DNA from: an uncultured Psychrobacter sp.
GTDB lineage: Bacteria > Pseudomonadota > Gammaproteobacteria > Pseudomonadales > Moraxellaceae
Assembly: GCA_947489525.1 (NCBI GenBank)
Contig: CANLDW010000005.1
Span: 23,626-87,625 of the forward strand
Direction of reading: 5' to 3'
DNA: 64,000 nt
Part shown: piece after piece, positions 23,836-35,806 of the stretch
How positions within the stretch are numbered: the stretch's first letter is position 1
Layout: each line of letters begins with the position of its first letter
The notes under the pieces: model-generated
Seen by the model: only the letters and a program-made list of their open reading frames with translations
What the model was told of the DNA's origin: nothing
The model's database searches: none
Made by a program: the position numbers and the translations under genes

Positions 23836-24717
23836 TTATGAAACTGCAGCAGCACCGCCAACGATCTCCGAGATCTCTCGGGTAATCGCCGCTTGACGCA
23901 GCTTGTTATAAACCAACTGTAAATCGTTAATTAAATCGCCAGCATTATCTGTTGCCGCTTTCATAGCTACCATACGTGATGACTGCTCAGAGGCAATGTT
24001 TTCCATGACCGCTTGATAGACAATGGACTCAATATAGCGCCCAAGCAAATCATCGATCAAAGTTTTAATATCAGGCTCGTAGATATAATCCCAGCTCAGT
24101 TCAGTTTGCATACCGCTAGCATCGTCATCAAATGAACCTTCTGGTAGTGGCACAAGCTGGTTCACCGTTGGCTTTTGACTCATCGCATTGACAAACTTGT
24201 TATACACTAGATAAATACGATCAAGATTACCTCGACTATAATCATCAAGCATTGCTTGTACGGGCGAGTTTATCTGCTCAAAAGTAGGTTTATCACCGTA
24301 ATCGGTAACCGCGGAGGTAACCTTACCGCCGAAGTTTTTGAAGAAGCTAACGCCTTTAGCGCCTATAACAGCAAATTCGGCTTGTACGGACTGCTCTTGA
24401 TAGTCTTGAATGCTTTTAGATAATGCCTTGAACAAGTTGATGTTCAAACCACCAGCAAGACCACGATCTGAGGTAATAACAATATAGCCCACTTTGTCAA
24501 CGGGACGCGATACCATGTACGGGTGCTTGTAGTCCGATGACGCATGTACTAAATGCGAGATCACTCGGCGCATACTATCCGCGTATGGACGACCTATTTC
24601 CATGCGCTCTTGTGCACGGCGCATTTTACTTGCTGCTACCATTTGCATCGCACGGGTGATTTTTTGGGTACTTTTAATACTGGTGACTTTGGCACGTATC
24701 TCTTTTAAGCTTGCCAT
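23836..24717 (-). CDS. atpG: F0F1 ATP synthase subunit gamma
   Basis: [35 protein letters not shown] and a C-terminal [19 protein letters not shown]. Confidence 0.96.
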   Translation of the reverse strand: MASLKEIRAKVTSIKSTQKITRAMQMVAASKMRRAQERMEIGRPYADSMRRVISHLVHASSDYKHPYMVSRPVDKVGYIVITSDRGLAGGLNINLFKALSKSIQDYQEQSVQAEFAVIGAKGVSFFKNFGGKVTSAVTDYGDKPTFEQINSPVQAMLDDYSRGNLDRIYLVYNKFVNAMSQKPTVNQLVPLPEGSFDDDASGMQTELSWDYIYEPDIKTLIDDLLGRYIESIVYQAVMENIASEQSSRMVAMKAATDNAGDLINDLQLVYNKLRQAAITREISEIVGGAAAVS

Positions 24718-24882
24718 AATGATTCCAATATAAGAGGGTTATAAAAAAGTAGGTATGATAAAAAAGCTTTAATAATCAAGTATTCACTATGTGAGCAGTG
24801 GAAGCAAGGGCGCAAATATCTATGTAGACAATGCGCCGCTTTAACTTGTCTAAACTATACCTTACTTAGCTCAACCCAGTAA

Positions 24883-26427
24883 TTAATAACTGTGATCTTG
24901 CTTAAAGCTTTGAACCGCTGACTTCAAACGAGCCGCGATGTCATCATTGTAGTTTGCGGTCTCGTTGATCTCTTGCATAAGCGCGCTTTGCTCATCATGC
25001 ATGTAGCGTAGGTACGCTTCTTCAAAGGCACCAATTTTCTCTACTGGCACATCGGATAAGAATCCTTCGTTTGATGCATAAATGACTGCCGCTTGCTCAG
25101 CGATAGACATGGGCTGGTACTGCTTTTGTTTCATAAGCTCTGTAACGCGCTCACCGTGATCAAGCTGTTCACGAGTCGCATCATCCAGATCGGAGGCAAA
25201 CTGAGCAAAAGCAGCAAGTTCACGATACTGTGCAAGCGCGGTACGGATACCACCGGACAGCTTCTTGATGATCTTGGTCTGAGCAGCACCACCAACACGT
25301 GATACTGAAATACCAGCGTTAACAGCGGGGCGAATACCCGAGTTAAATAGGCTTGACTCTAAGAATATCTGACCGTCAGTGATTGAAATCACGTTTGTGG
25401 GAACGAATGCTGAGACGTCACCAGCTTGAGTTTCGATAATAGGTAGCGCGGTCAATGACCCCGTCTGACCTTTTACTTCACCATTAGTAAAGTTCTCAAC
25501 GTAGTCAGCGTTAACGCGAGAGGCGCGCTCAAGTAGACGTGAATGCAAGTAGAAAACGTCCCCTGGATAAGCTTCACGACCTGGTGGACGACGTAATAGT
25601 AGTGAGATCTGACGATAAGCGACGGCTTGTTTTGATAAGTCATCAAAAACGATTAACGCATCTTCGCCGCGATCGCGGAAGTACTCGCCCATCGTACAAC
25701 CAGAGTAAGGTGCAATATACTGTAGTGCTGCAGGCTCAGAAGCTGAGGCAACGACTACTGTGGTGTATTCAAGAGCGCCTGTTTCTTCGAGTTTACGCAC
25801 AACGTTCGCAATCGTAGAGCGCTTTTGACCAACGGCCACATAGACACACTTAATGCCTGACGCTTTTTGCGCAATGATAGCGTCAATAGCTAGTGCGGTT
25901 TTACCCGTCTGACGATCGCCGATGATAAGCTCACGCTGACCACGACCAATTGGAATCATGGTATCAACGGCTTTATAACCGGTCATAACTGGCTGATCAA
26001 CTGATTGACGGTCGATAACACCTGGCGCGATTTTTTCAACTTTATCAGTCATTTTCGCATTGATAGGACCTTTGCCATCAATTGGATTACCTAAAGCATC
26101 AACAACACGGCCTAGTAGCTCAGGACCAACGGGTACTTCAAGAATACGACCAGTACAATAGGCCTTTTGACCTTCTTGTAGTTTTAAGAAATCACCAAGT
26201 ACAACCGCACCTACCGAATCACGCTCTAAGTTAAGCGCCATTCCATAAATCTCGCCTTCAAACTCGATCATTTCACCGTACATGGCATCTTCAAGACCAT
26301 GAATCTGCACGATACCGTCAGATACTTTGACAATCGTGCCTTCATTCTTTGCAGTTGCGCCCGCATCAAGGTCTTGAATACGCTGCTTAATCAGATTACT
26401 GATTTCCGCTGGATTCAGTTGTTGCAT
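24883..26427 (-). CDS. atpA: F0F1 ATP synthase subunit alpha
   Basis: GDRQTGKTA Walker [28 protein letters not shown]. Confidence 0.98.
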   Translation of the reverse strand: MQQLNPAEISNLIKQRIQDLDAGATAKNEGTIVKVSDGIVQIHGLEDAMYGEMIEFEGEIYGMALNLERDSVGAVVLGDFLKLQEGQKAYCTGRILEVPVGPELLGRVVDALGNPIDGKGPINAKMTDKVEKIAPGVIDRQSVDQPVMTGYKAVDTMIPIGRGQRELIIGDRQTGKTALAIDAIIAQKASGIKCVYVAVGQKRSTIANVVRKLEETGALEYTTVVVASASEPAALQYIAPYSGCTMGEYFRDRGEDALIVFDDLSKQAVAYRQISLLLRRPPGREAYPGDVFYLHSRLLERASRVNADYVENFTNGEVKGQTGSLTALPIIETQAGDVSAFVPTNVISITDGQIFLESSLFNSGIRPAVNAGISVSRVGGAAQTKIIKKLSGGIRTALAQYRELAAFAQFASDLDDATREQLDHGERVTELMKQKQYQPMSIAEQAAVIYASNEGFLSDVPVEKIGAFEEAYLRYMHDEQSALMQEINETANYNDDIAARLKSAVQSFKQDHSY

Positions 26428-26521
26428 TGCCTTGTTTCCTTTAATTTATGATAACCCGCCCACTACTTTATACACGGCTGCTATTAATGCTAAATTTAGC
26501 AATGATAGCAAAGGTATGGTA

Positions 26522-27145
26522 TTAAGCAGTCAGCTGTGTTTTTAACTGTTGTAACTTGCCGCGCACTGAATCATCAATGATTTTGTCACCGACTTTGATA
26601 GTTGCGCCTGCTAATAGACTTGGATCGACCGATTCGTGAAGCACTACACTGGCATTTAAAGAGCCTGCAAGACGTGTTTGTAACATGTCACGCTGGTCAG
26701 CAGTCAATGGGTAGGCAGTGGTCACATACGCATCAAGCTGTTTTAAACTTGCTGCTTTATGACGGCGATAGTGCTCGTAAACTTCAGGAATCAAAGCTAG
26801 ACGCTCTTGTGCTGCTAACTGATTCACAAAATTATGTAGGGCTGGTGTTACCTTAGGGTAGCTGGCATCACCATTACTGCTGTGACCTTGCGTATTGTTC
26901 AAGAGCTGCTTAAAAGCAGAGTCACCTTCAGTTGCAACCTGCGCGTCATAAATATCAATTAGCGCGGCTGACTTTTGCTCAGCGGAAATGGCTGGATCGT
27001 CTAACCAAGTATGAAACGATTTGTCACTGACGATAGTACTGGCAATAAACAAAAAGTCCTGCCATTCGCTTACTACATTGTGCTCATTGGCATAGTCAAA
27101 CGCCGCTTTCGCGTACGGTCGTGCTAAGGTTGATAAGTCAGCCAT
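26522..27145 (-). CDS. atpH: F0F1 ATP synthase subunit delta (with an internal insertion)
   Basis: [13 protein letters not shown]-terminus and a C-terminal [16 protein letters not shown]. 207 aa, against about 177 aa in E. coli. Confidence 0.9.
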   Translation of the reverse strand: MADLSTLARPYAKAAFDYANEHNVVSEWQDFLFIASTIVSDKSFHTWLDDPAISAEQKSAALIDIYDAQVATEGDSAFKQLLNNTQGHSSNGDASYPKVTPALHNFVNQLAAQERLALIPEVYEHYRRHKAASLKQLDAYVTTAYPLTADQRDMLQTRLAGSLNASVVLHESVDPSLLAGATIKVGDKIIDDSVRGKLQQLKTQLTA

Positions 27146-27158
27146 GATATCCTCACAG

Positions 27159-27629
27159 TTACAGCTTTGCCGCCAGTTGATCTAACATGCTGGCATGTTT
27201 TTGTGCATCGACCTTATCTTGCAAGATCTTTTCAGCACCGAGTACCGCAAGTTCTGCAACTTGGGCACGTAACGATTCACGCGCTTGATTGATCTCTTGA
27301 TCGATTGCTGCTTGCGCTTGTTGACGAATGCGCTCACCTTCGATTTGGGCTTGCGATTTTGCATCTTCAACGAGCTGGTTGGCACTTTTATTGGCCTGCT
27401 CAATTAGAGCTGCCGCTTTGGTCTTAGCAAGATCAAGCTCTTGCTGTACATCTTGCTCAGCGGTAGCTAAGTCTGCTTTTGCTTTTTCTGCGGCACTAAG
27501 ACCTTCGGCAATTTTACGCTGACGCTCATTGATAGCACCGATAAGCGGTGGCCATACAAACTTCATGCAAAAAATTACGAAAATTGCAAAAGAGATAGCC
27601 TGACCGACGATAGTAAAATTGATATTCAC
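27159..27629 (-). CDS. atpF: F0F1 ATP synthase subunit b
   Basis: Single N-terminal TM, then a long charged Ala/Glu/Gln-rich helix. Located between atpE and atpH. Confidence 0.92.
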   Translation of the reverse strand: MNINFTIVGQAISFAIFVIFCMKFVWPPLIGAINERQRKIAEGLSAAEKAKADLATAEQDVQQELDLAKTKAAALIEQANKSANQLVEDAKSQAQIEGERIRQQAQAAIDQEINQARESLRAQVAELAVLGAEKILQDKVDAQKHASMLDQLAAKL

Positions 27630-27754
27630 GTGATCACCTCTTTGTTAATGAAAAATCAGTCTAATTGGTCACGTTTGGTAGCTGTCTACTTCGTTAAAAA
27701 ACCGCTAGTAATAACAACCGCGCGCAACCAAACAGTTATAACTGAGCTTTCTGA

Positions 27755-28030
<276 letters not shown>

Positions 28031-28045
28031 CTATTGAATGTCTAA

Positions 28046-28924
<879 letters not shown>

Positions 28925-29104
28925 TTATTAATCAATGATTTAATTAACTACCAAAAGTATGGTTGTCATTCAATGAGGTCACTGGCGTCTTATCATCCAG
29001 CTTAATGCTCAACATAAACGCTGCAAAACGCCGCTGTGCATCGTGACACTTGAGTAGGCATGCGCTACCTCAAGGTTATCGCTTAATTTGGTAAAATTTA
29101 GCTG

Positions 29105-29141
29105 TTAAAAAAGGGCTTGTGATTATTCATTACCAGCCCTT
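29105..29141 (-). terminator. candidate terminator/attenuator between atpI and atpB
   Basis: The minus strand reads AAGGGCT-(17-18 nt loop)-AGCCCTT followed by TTTTTT. The loop is large, so the stability is moderate. Confidence 0.4.
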
Positions 29142-29506
29142 AGTATTTATGCATATTTATAATAGTAATTATGTATTGACGCTTAATATCTGATGCCGTA
29201 CTTAGAAGCAAAATATTTAGCTATCTATAGTAATGCAGCGTAGTAATTGTGTAAAGTCAATTATAGCTTTTTATTCATCGTATCAATAACGTAATCGCTG
29301 TTCGCGTTTATTGACACGGCTTTGCTTACATAATTAAATTGTAAAATTTTAATTATAAACGATTGCTATAATACAAACTAACTCTTATCTGTCAGATAAT
29401 TAGGGTATCAAGACCATGCTATATTCTTCTAGCTAGGTTTGTCTGTACTTATCTAACGTAGAATAGAATAGTAACGACACATATCGTAAGCGCTAAGAGA
29501 TCGCAA

Positions 29507-29929
29507 CTAACGTATGTACCAAGACATCCAGTTATGACTGACTTGCATAACTATAAAACCTGCAAATAACGCGGGTGCTGACAAAGGTTGTATAGTAATA
29601 AAAATTAGTGCAAAACCGAAAATAGTAAGTAGCCACTTTACCATCTGACCACGATACAGCTGCGTAACAATATGGAGCCGCGCGCGATATCCTGTGTGCC
29701 AAAATATAAATATAGTAAATATAGCTTGCGTCATAAAACTAAGCAGAGCACCAAGCGCAGCACCTTGTACGATGAGTAACTCGCTGTGCAGCCACAAAAC
29801 ATCAATCAACCACGCAATGAGAATCAGTGCAAACAAAATCCAAGCTTGACGTTTAAGATAAAAAGCAATCTTATCTCTTTGCGTACGCCTAGCGGGTCTG
29901 GTCTGTACAGGCTTAGTATGCTTAGTCAT
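29507..29929 (-). CDS. atpI: ATP synthase protein I (AtpI)
   Basis: 140-aa protein with 4 hydrophobic segments, located upstream of atpB. The assignment rests mainly on position. Confidence 0.6.
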   Translation of the reverse strand: MTKHTKPVQTRPARRTQRDKIAFYLKRQAWILFALILIAWLIDVLWLHSELLIVQGAALGALLSFMTQAIFTIFIFWHTGYRARLHIVTQLYRGQMVKWLLTIFGFALIFITIQPLSAPALFAGFIVMQVSHNWMSWYIR

Positions 29930-30210
29930 TGGGTTATCCTATCATGCGGTAAATCTATTGGCAGGATAGTAGCCGCTTAATACAAAACTGACCTATCACT
30001 GGCTACCCGCCAAAAAATACCTTATAACCCAAATAAAACGCCACTTATTATAGGGAGCATACGCATATCACGCAAGTAAAATATGCATTTTATTAGTACG
30101 CTAGCGTATATAAACAGTGCTTTAATGAAAGACAATCAGCGATGGCTTTACTTAATGCTCTTGATTTTGGACATAGCGCTGCAAACATTTTATTTAAGTA
30201 CAAACTCCAA

Positions 30211-31086
30211 TCAGGTACAAACCCTCATCTGCTGCGCCATCTGCGACCAACCGTTAACGAAGTCTTGACTACCGCTCATATCTTCAGCTCGTACGCTAGT
30301 CTTAACTGGTTGTAGCTTGGCAAGTAGTCCTTTACTAGGCGGCGTAGGACTGACCAAACACATCTGTCTGAGTGGACGCTGCTCACTAATACGGCGGATC
30401 TGGCTGGCTTTTGGCGCTAGGTGATGATCCGTTGTTAAGCTACCTACCAGTCTTAGGTTCAAAGGCTTCTCTAAGTATTGGTAGGCATCGTGGTATGCCC
30501 AGTAAGGTAGCCGTTTATCGTTTGTCTGCGCGGCAACGGCAGCGTCCATACGAGCAGCAAACTTCTTTGCATTAGCTGCGTATGTATCTTTGTACTGAGG
30601 ATTGGCATGACTATGAATCACTGCTAGTGCACGAGTAATCGCTTTCGCGTTTTCAGGATCAAGCCAGATGTGCGGGTCAAGCGTATTAGCGATAGGCTGA
30701 GCATCCACGTCACGCATAGGATAGCGGTTGAAAGCATCGAAATCGAACAGCGCAATGGCATTTGGCGCGTGCTTTAAGCTACCTGCTAGGTTGTTCTCAA
30801 GCGCTTCTCCAAACCAGACCACAAAGGTGCTATCTTCAATTGCTTTAATATCGCTTGGACTAATACTACCATGGTGACCCACCTCCCCCGCTTGCAATAA
30901 CCGCTTAGCAGGCGGCGCTCCTTCGGTGACAGCTTGGCTTAACAAAAACAGCGGGTAGTTGCTAACGCTAACGGTAGCCGCATGAGTAGGTAGGCTAAAT
31001 CCACAAAACAAAGCTACCATTATTAATACGGACTTTAAGCGCCAAACTAAAAACGGACGGGGCTTATAAGTATAAAAGACAGTCAT
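30211..31086 (-). CDS. znuA: zinc ABC transporter substrate-binding protein ZnuA
   Basis: Signal-peptide-like N-terminus, DPHIWLDP motif, ZnuA/TroA-type fold pattern. Divergent from zur-znuCB with a Zur box between them. The start is ambiguous (31086, 31134 or 31194). Confidence 0.85.
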   Translation of the reverse strand: MTVFYTYKPRPFLVWRLKSVLIMVALFCGFSLPTHAATVSVSNYPLFLLSQAVTEGAPPAKRLLQAGEVGHHGSISPSDIKAIEDSTFVVWFGEALENNLAGSLKHAPNAIALFDFDAFNRYPMRDVDAQPIANTLDPHIWLDPENAKAITRALAVIHSHANPQYKDTYAANAKKFAARMDAAVAAQTNDKRLPYWAYHDAYQYLEKPLNLRLVGSLTTDHHLAPKASQIRRISEQRPLRQMCLVSPTPPSKGLLAKLQPVKTSVRAEDMSGSQDFVNGWSQMAQQMRVCT

Positions 31087-31233
31087 TGTGCGCTCTTTAA
31101 AGCCGCGGTATAGAAAATGAAGATTAGCACTCATGCTAAGTCGCCTTGTATTAAATATACTAAAAGTAAGCAAAAAGGGTGAATAAAAAAGCAAGATTAG
31201 CAGGCGCTGATAGCCCTACTAGTTATTTTAGTA

Positions 31234-31248
31234 TGTTATACTATAACA
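31234..31248. promoter_or_regulatory. Zur box (perfect palindrome TGTTATA-C-TATAACA)
   Basis: A 7-1-7 perfect inverted repeat in the znuA/zur divergent intergenic region, 34 bp upstream of the zur ATG. It matches the GTTATA-n-TATAAC core of gammaproteobacterial Zur operators. Confidence 0.8.
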
Positions 31249-31281
31249 ATAAAAATTGCACTCTTATTTTAGGAGCCTGCT

Positions 31282-31836
31282 ATGGCTGATACCTCTAAAG
31301 CTTGTGAACACCTGCATGATACACAGCATTTTTCAGCAGATGACATTAGCGCCCGTATGCAAGAGGCTATTGAACAGTGCCGCGCGCGCGGTGTGCGTTT
31401 TACGCCGCTACGTCAGCATATCTATAAGCTGGTGCTACAAGCAAACAAGCCGATCGGTGCTTATGATCTCATTACGCAGTTACAGCACATGCGACAATTG
31501 GCAGACGAGGATGATAATACCTCTAAGCAGGGGGGTGTCAAGAAAAGTGCAGCTAAAAACGTCGCCCCGCCAACGGTTTATCGCAGTTTGGAGTTTTTAC
31601 TTGCTGAAGGCCTTATTCATCAACTGACCTCAGTCAATGCTTACGTACCCTGTTGTCATCCGCGCGCACAGCATACGGCCGCGTTTTTGATTTGTACGCA
31701 GTGTCAAGGCGTTCAAGAATGTAGTAGTTTACCGGTGCAAGAGATGATGAGTTTTGCTGAGCAAGATGTCAGCTTTCAGGTTGAACGCAGCGTCATTGAG
31801 CTTAGCGGGCGCTGTCAGGCTTGCCAGACTGGTTAG
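31282..31836 (+). CDS. zur: zinc uptake regulator Zur (Fur family)
   Basis: R.T..R..I..L......AYDL, PPTVYRSLEFL recognition helix, HTAAFLIC..C, and a C-terminal CxxC. Followed by znuC-znuB. Confidence 0.88.
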   Translation: MADTSKACEHLHDTQHFSADDISARMQEAIEQCRARGVRFTPLRQHIYKLVLQANKPIGAYDLITQLQHMRQLADEDDNTSKQGGVKKSAAKNVAPPTVYRSLEFLLAEGLIHQLTSVNAYVPCCHPRAQHTAAFLICTQCQGVQECSSLPVQEMMSFAEQDVSFQVERSVIELSGRCQACQTG

Positions 31837-31944
31837 TCACGCTCTCTACGTCGTTTTTAGTGCTTAGTGTTCGTTCATGAGTATTCAAATTGTTATTTGT
31901 ACTTGTACTTTATCTATTTTTAAGCTGTCTTTTGGACGTCTCTT

Positions 31945-32769
31945 ATGTCTCATGCCTCTTCTGTCATAACCACAGTAAGCCGCCGTACTAATCTGCCTGC
32001 CGCTAGCACGCAGACTACTCATAGCTTTGCTACGCCAGATAGTCGGCTACTGAGCCTGAATGATGTCAGTTACAGCGTTAATCAGCAGTCTCTGCTCTCT
32101 CATATCAATATCGATATCGCTGTTGACGAAACCGTGAGCCTTATCGGCCCTAATGGCGCAGGTAAGTCAACGCTGGTTAAGCTAATCTTAGGACTGATTG
32201 CCCCAACGCAAGGGCACATTAACGCCCATCACCCTTTGCAGCTCGGTTATGTGCCGCAGCGCTTTTCCGTAGCCCCTATCTTGCCTCTACGTGTCAAAGA
32301 CTTACTAGGACAGGCCAATAAAAAGCGCTTGCTTTCTCATGAGCGGCAGTTCATCTTTGAGCATCTGTCCTTGAAGCATTTGTTCACACGGCAACTGCAT
32401 CATCTATCAGGCGGCGAGACTCAACGCGTTCTACTCGCACGGGCGCTCCTTGATAAGCCCAATCTGCTTATCTTGGATGAGCCTATGCAGGGGCTTGATC
32501 CTGATACTGAGGTTTGGCTCTATCAGTTTATTGATGAGCTGCCTGATTTTTTACGCTGCGCTATGCTCGTCGTCTCGCATGATTTGCACTGGGTCATGAA
32601 AGGCAGTCGGCGGGTGATTTGTCTTAACAAACACATTTGCTGTGAAGGACAACCAAGCGAGCTTGCTGTCAGTCATGAGTTTAAAAAGCTGTTCGGACAT
32701 CATTATGAGCAGCCTTACGTTCATCAGCCGCACGCTTGTGAACATCATGCGATAAGTGATTTGCAGTAG
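31945..32769 (+). CDS. znuC: zinc ABC transporter ATP-binding protein ZnuC
   Basis: GPNGAGKST Walker A, LSGGETQRVLLARAL signature, LILDEP Walker B. Confidence 0.9.
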   Translation: MSHASSVITTVSRRTNLPAASTQTTHSFATPDSRLLSLNDVSYSVNQQSLLSHINIDIAVDETVSLIGPNGAGKSTLVKLILGLIAPTQGHINAHHPLQLGYVPQRFSVAPILPLRVKDLLGQANKKRLLSHERQFIFEHLSLKHLFTRQLHHLSGGETQRVLLARALLDKPNLLILDEPMQGLDPDTEVWLYQFIDELPDFLRCAMLVVSHDLHWVMKGSRRVICLNKHICCEGQPSELAVSHEFKKLFGHHYEQPYVHQPHACEHHAISDLQ

Positions 32770-32842
32770 TTCAAACCAAACTTACTAAAATTAAGAATAG
32801 TTTTACGATCTCTTTTTATAAATAATTTGACGGATATCTGTT

Positions 32843-33646
32843 ATGAGTGCTTGGTTAGCTATCATTGCGCCCGCTTGGATTGCTGGGAGCCTCTTAGCAC
32901 TATTATCAGCGCCTTTGGGCTGTCTGGTATTGTGGCGGCGTATGGCGTTTTTTGCAGATGCGCTGGCGCATGGAACCCTGCTTGGCGTTGCGCTGGCAGT
33001 ATGGTGGCAACTTCCTACAGGTATCGGGGTCGCATTAGTTAGTGTTGTTGTCGTTTTGAGCCTTGCGCTTATGGATGATGAGCGTTTGCCGATGGATGCT
33101 GTACTAGCCGTCGTTGCCGTCACGCTTTTGTGTTTGGGTTTGCTGACATTGACTCAGCTTACCGACCAGCAAGCCAATGTATTGGGGTTTTTATTCGGTA
33201 ATTTGCTTGAGCTTGATTGGGTAGACTTGCCCGTACTGGCAGGTAGTGTGTTAGTGGGTTTAGCACTGCTTATCTACGTGTGGCCAGCGCAGATCAAACT
33301 TGCCACTCATGAGGCTTTAGCGCGCATTCAGGGTGTTCATCCTATGCGCCAGCGTCTGTTCTTTATGGGTATACTCGCAGGATTTTGCGCTGTAGCGCTA
33401 CCAGCAGTAGGCAGCTTGTTAATAAGTGGCTTATTGGTATTACCCGCGCTTACTGCACGTCTGTATTCAGCAGCGCCTAGGCAAATGGTTATTATGGCTT
33501 TAATTGTGGCACAGTTAGGCGTTACCTTAGGGGTGTGGGGCAGTATATTACTGGATATTCAAACGGGTCTTTCGATTGTATTAGTGCTGGCCATAGTGTT
33601 CTTTGTAGCGCTGGTTATCTCAAAGCTGTTATCACTTAGAGCTTAA
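32843..33646 (+). CDS. znuB: zinc ABC transporter permease ZnuB
   Basis: Polytopic ABC-3 type permease (FFADALAHGTLLGVALA motif) downstream of znuC. Confidence 0.9.
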   Translation: MSAWLAIIAPAWIAGSLLALLSAPLGCLVLWRRMAFFADALAHGTLLGVALAVWWQLPTGIGVALVSVVVVLSLALMDDERLPMDAVLAVVAVTLLCLGLLTLTQLTDQQANVLGFLFGNLLELDWVDLPVLAGSVLVGLALLIYVWPAQIKLATHEALARIQGVHPMRQRLFFMGILAGFCAVALPAVGSLLISGLLVLPALTARLYSAAPRQMVIMALIVAQLGVTLGVWGSILLDIQTGLSIVLVLAIVFFVALVISKLLSLRA

Positions 33647-33958
33647 CGCGTTTTACCCTTTGTTTTTTATTTTTGGGCAGTAAAAAAGTATGAATGCACG
33701 AGTGCAGATCAAATACGACGCATTAGGCTATTATTTTATTAAACTATATCCTACAATTGTCAACATTTTATAAACCTAGTATGGTATTTTTTATCTTGCT
33801 CAGCGTCTTTATTGACCCCTTGGTACTTATTACTTGTTAGTTTGTACGCTACTCTCATAGCGCGTTTGTACTCCTCTTAGGTAGTAACTTATTGAATAGT
33901 AACTTATTTGATAGTTAATCCTTAGATAGTCAATCCGCTGTATTTTTACTTAAGGTTT

Positions 33959-34804
33959 ATGCTTATGCCAAGCTATCCTGCCACATGTATCACTACGCCT
34001 GACGGTGACGTCAATATTTTACAGATTACTGATCTGCATCTATCGGCGCACAAGGCTTTGCTCGACGATAGTATAAGCGACGTTGTGACCACTTGCCGCG
34101 ATAGCTTTGAGCAAGTGCTAAAGCAGGCACTAAGTGAGAACAGACGCTGCGACTTGATTTTAGTGACAGGCGACTTGGTCAGTGACGTACAAACGAGCAC
34201 TTACGATTATATTTTTGCGGTACTTGAGGCAACCCATCTACCCTTTGCTTGTATCCCAGGCAATCACGACGTCACTGACGAGGCCGACAAACACTTGCCA
34301 TTCTTTGCACGTACCCTTGTCGCTAGAGCCAAAGATAAGCGCCTGCTTAGCCAACATGTTATTGAGATGGACCATTGGCGTGTCCTTTTAGTTGACTCAT
34401 CAATCCCAGGACAGGTCGCAGGAGAGGTGAAGTCCACTGATATCGACTGGTTGTGCGAGCAGTTAGAGGGCAACGATAAACCTACTATTATCGCTTTGCA
34501 TCACCATCTGCTTCCTATGCGATCGGCATGGATAGATGCCCATATGGCGCAAAACCCTAAATGCTTTTGGCAACGCCTCGCCTCTTACCCTCAGCTAAAA
34601 GCGATTATTAATGGTCACACTCATCAAGAACAAACGTGTCACTACGAGCACATCAAGGTCTACACAACGCCATCGACCTGTTATCAGTACAAACCTTTAG
34701 AAGATGATTTTAGCTATGATATACAAGCGCGCCCTGGTTACCGTTGGTTGCAATTAGCCAACAATGGGCAGCTTGCAAGCTGGGTGAAAAGATTGGATAC
34801 TTGA
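33959..34804 (+). CDS. cpdA: 3',5'-cyclic-nucleotide phosphodiesterase CpdA (metallophosphoesterase)
   Basis: QITDLHL, TGDLVSD, PGNHD, ALHHH and NGHTHQ, the calcineurin-like motif set of CpdA/Icc. Confidence 0.85.
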   Translation: MLMPSYPATCITTPDGDVNILQITDLHLSAHKALLDDSISDVVTTCRDSFEQVLKQALSENRRCDLILVTGDLVSDVQTSTYDYIFAVLEATHLPFACIPGNHDVTDEADKHLPFFARTLVARAKDKRLLSQHVIEMDHWRVLLVDSSIPGQVAGEVKSTDIDWLCEQLEGNDKPTIIALHHHLLPMRSAWIDAHMAQNPKCFWQRLASYPQLKAIINGHTHQEQTCHYEHIKVYTTPSTCYQYKPLEDDFSYDIQARPGYRWLQLANNGQLASWVKRLDT

Positions 34805-35253
34805 CGACCAATTTTATCGGCTATCATAATGAAATAGCCGTTAAGTAGGTATGTACTACTGTTATTGTATAAATCATTAGTATAATTGTAGATAGAAGCT
34901 TGTACCTGCCAGCAAATGGAGTTAAGCAAAATAGTAATGGCTAGGATGGCTGCATCAACCACAAATAACGTACTAATAGGTAAAGTATCATCGTTTAGTG
35001 TGCCTTACGCGGCCTTATTGAGGGGCTACCCTTTAAATAAAACTGCAGAACGCAATATAGTCAATTATTGCTGTGATAATGTGATTATACTTAGAGCCAT
35101 TATACTAGATACTAGGTTAGTCTCATTGAAAGACGAATCACATAAAACGGTGTTACTTGAGTGAGTGGTAAGACGTTTTAGGACTTATAAATGTATAGCA
35201 TTTTTATAATAAACGTCGTTTTGTTGAATTAATTTGAACCGTAGGATACTAAT

Positions 35254-35694
35254 ATGAGCACCCCGACTGCAAATCCTAGTGAGGTTAAGTTCACACCTTA
35301 CGTACCGGCAAAAGACGAAGAGTATATGTCTGATGCCCAGTTAGAGCATTTTAAAGACATCTTACTTGACTGGAAACAGCAGCTTATCGGTGAAGCGGAT
35401 CGCACTAAGACCTATATCCAAGATGAGTCCAGTGCTATGCCTGATATCAATGATCGCGCTACTCAAGAAGAAGAGTTCGCTCTTGCTCTACGTACTCGTG
35501 ATCGCGAGCGCAAACTGATTCGTAAGATCGATAAGTCCATTGCAGAGATCGAAAACGACGATTATGGTTTTTGTGAGACCTGCGGCGTTGAGATCGGTTT
35601 ACGCCGCTTAGAAGCGCGTCCTACAGCAACTCAGTGCATCGACTGCAAGACGTTATCTGAGATTAAGGAGCGTCAAAATCAGGGTCATACCTAA
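35254..35694 (+). CDS. dksA: RNA polymerase-binding transcription factor DksA
   Basis: MS..QLEHFK..L..WK..L, the coiled-coil DxxDxA tip (DINDRATQEEEF), and the C4 zinc finger CETCG...C.DC. Confidence 0.95.
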   Translation: MSTPTANPSEVKFTPYVPAKDEEYMSDAQLEHFKDILLDWKQQLIGEADRTKTYIQDESSAMPDINDRATQEEEFALALRTRDRERKLIRKIDKSIAEIENDDYGFCETCGVEIGLRRLEARPTATQCIDCKTLSEIKERQNQGHT

Positions 35695-35753
35695 ACGCGC
35701 TGTTCGTCACTGTAAGACGCCTGTTTGTTTAACCCTAATACGTTCATAATAAT

Positions 35754-35788
35754 AAGCGACCGCGATTAGGGTCGCTTTTTGTTTTTTA
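35754..35788 (+). terminator. dksA terminator
   Basis: AAGCGACC-gcgatta-GGTCGCTT followed by TTTTGTTTTTT. Confidence 0.8.
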
Positions 35789-35806
35789 TCTCAGCTAGGC
35801 ACTTAT

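Noticed and set aside
31256-31627. A 123-aa ORF in an alternative frame of zur
   Set aside because: The overlapping frame starting at 31282 gives a convincing Fur-family protein. This one has no recognisable features.
32803-33123. A 106-aa ORF antisense to the start of znuB, and a 71-aa alternative-frame ORF at 32827-33042
   Set aside because: They overlap the clear ZnuB permease. There is no SD or family resemblance, and the composition-driven frame is simply open.
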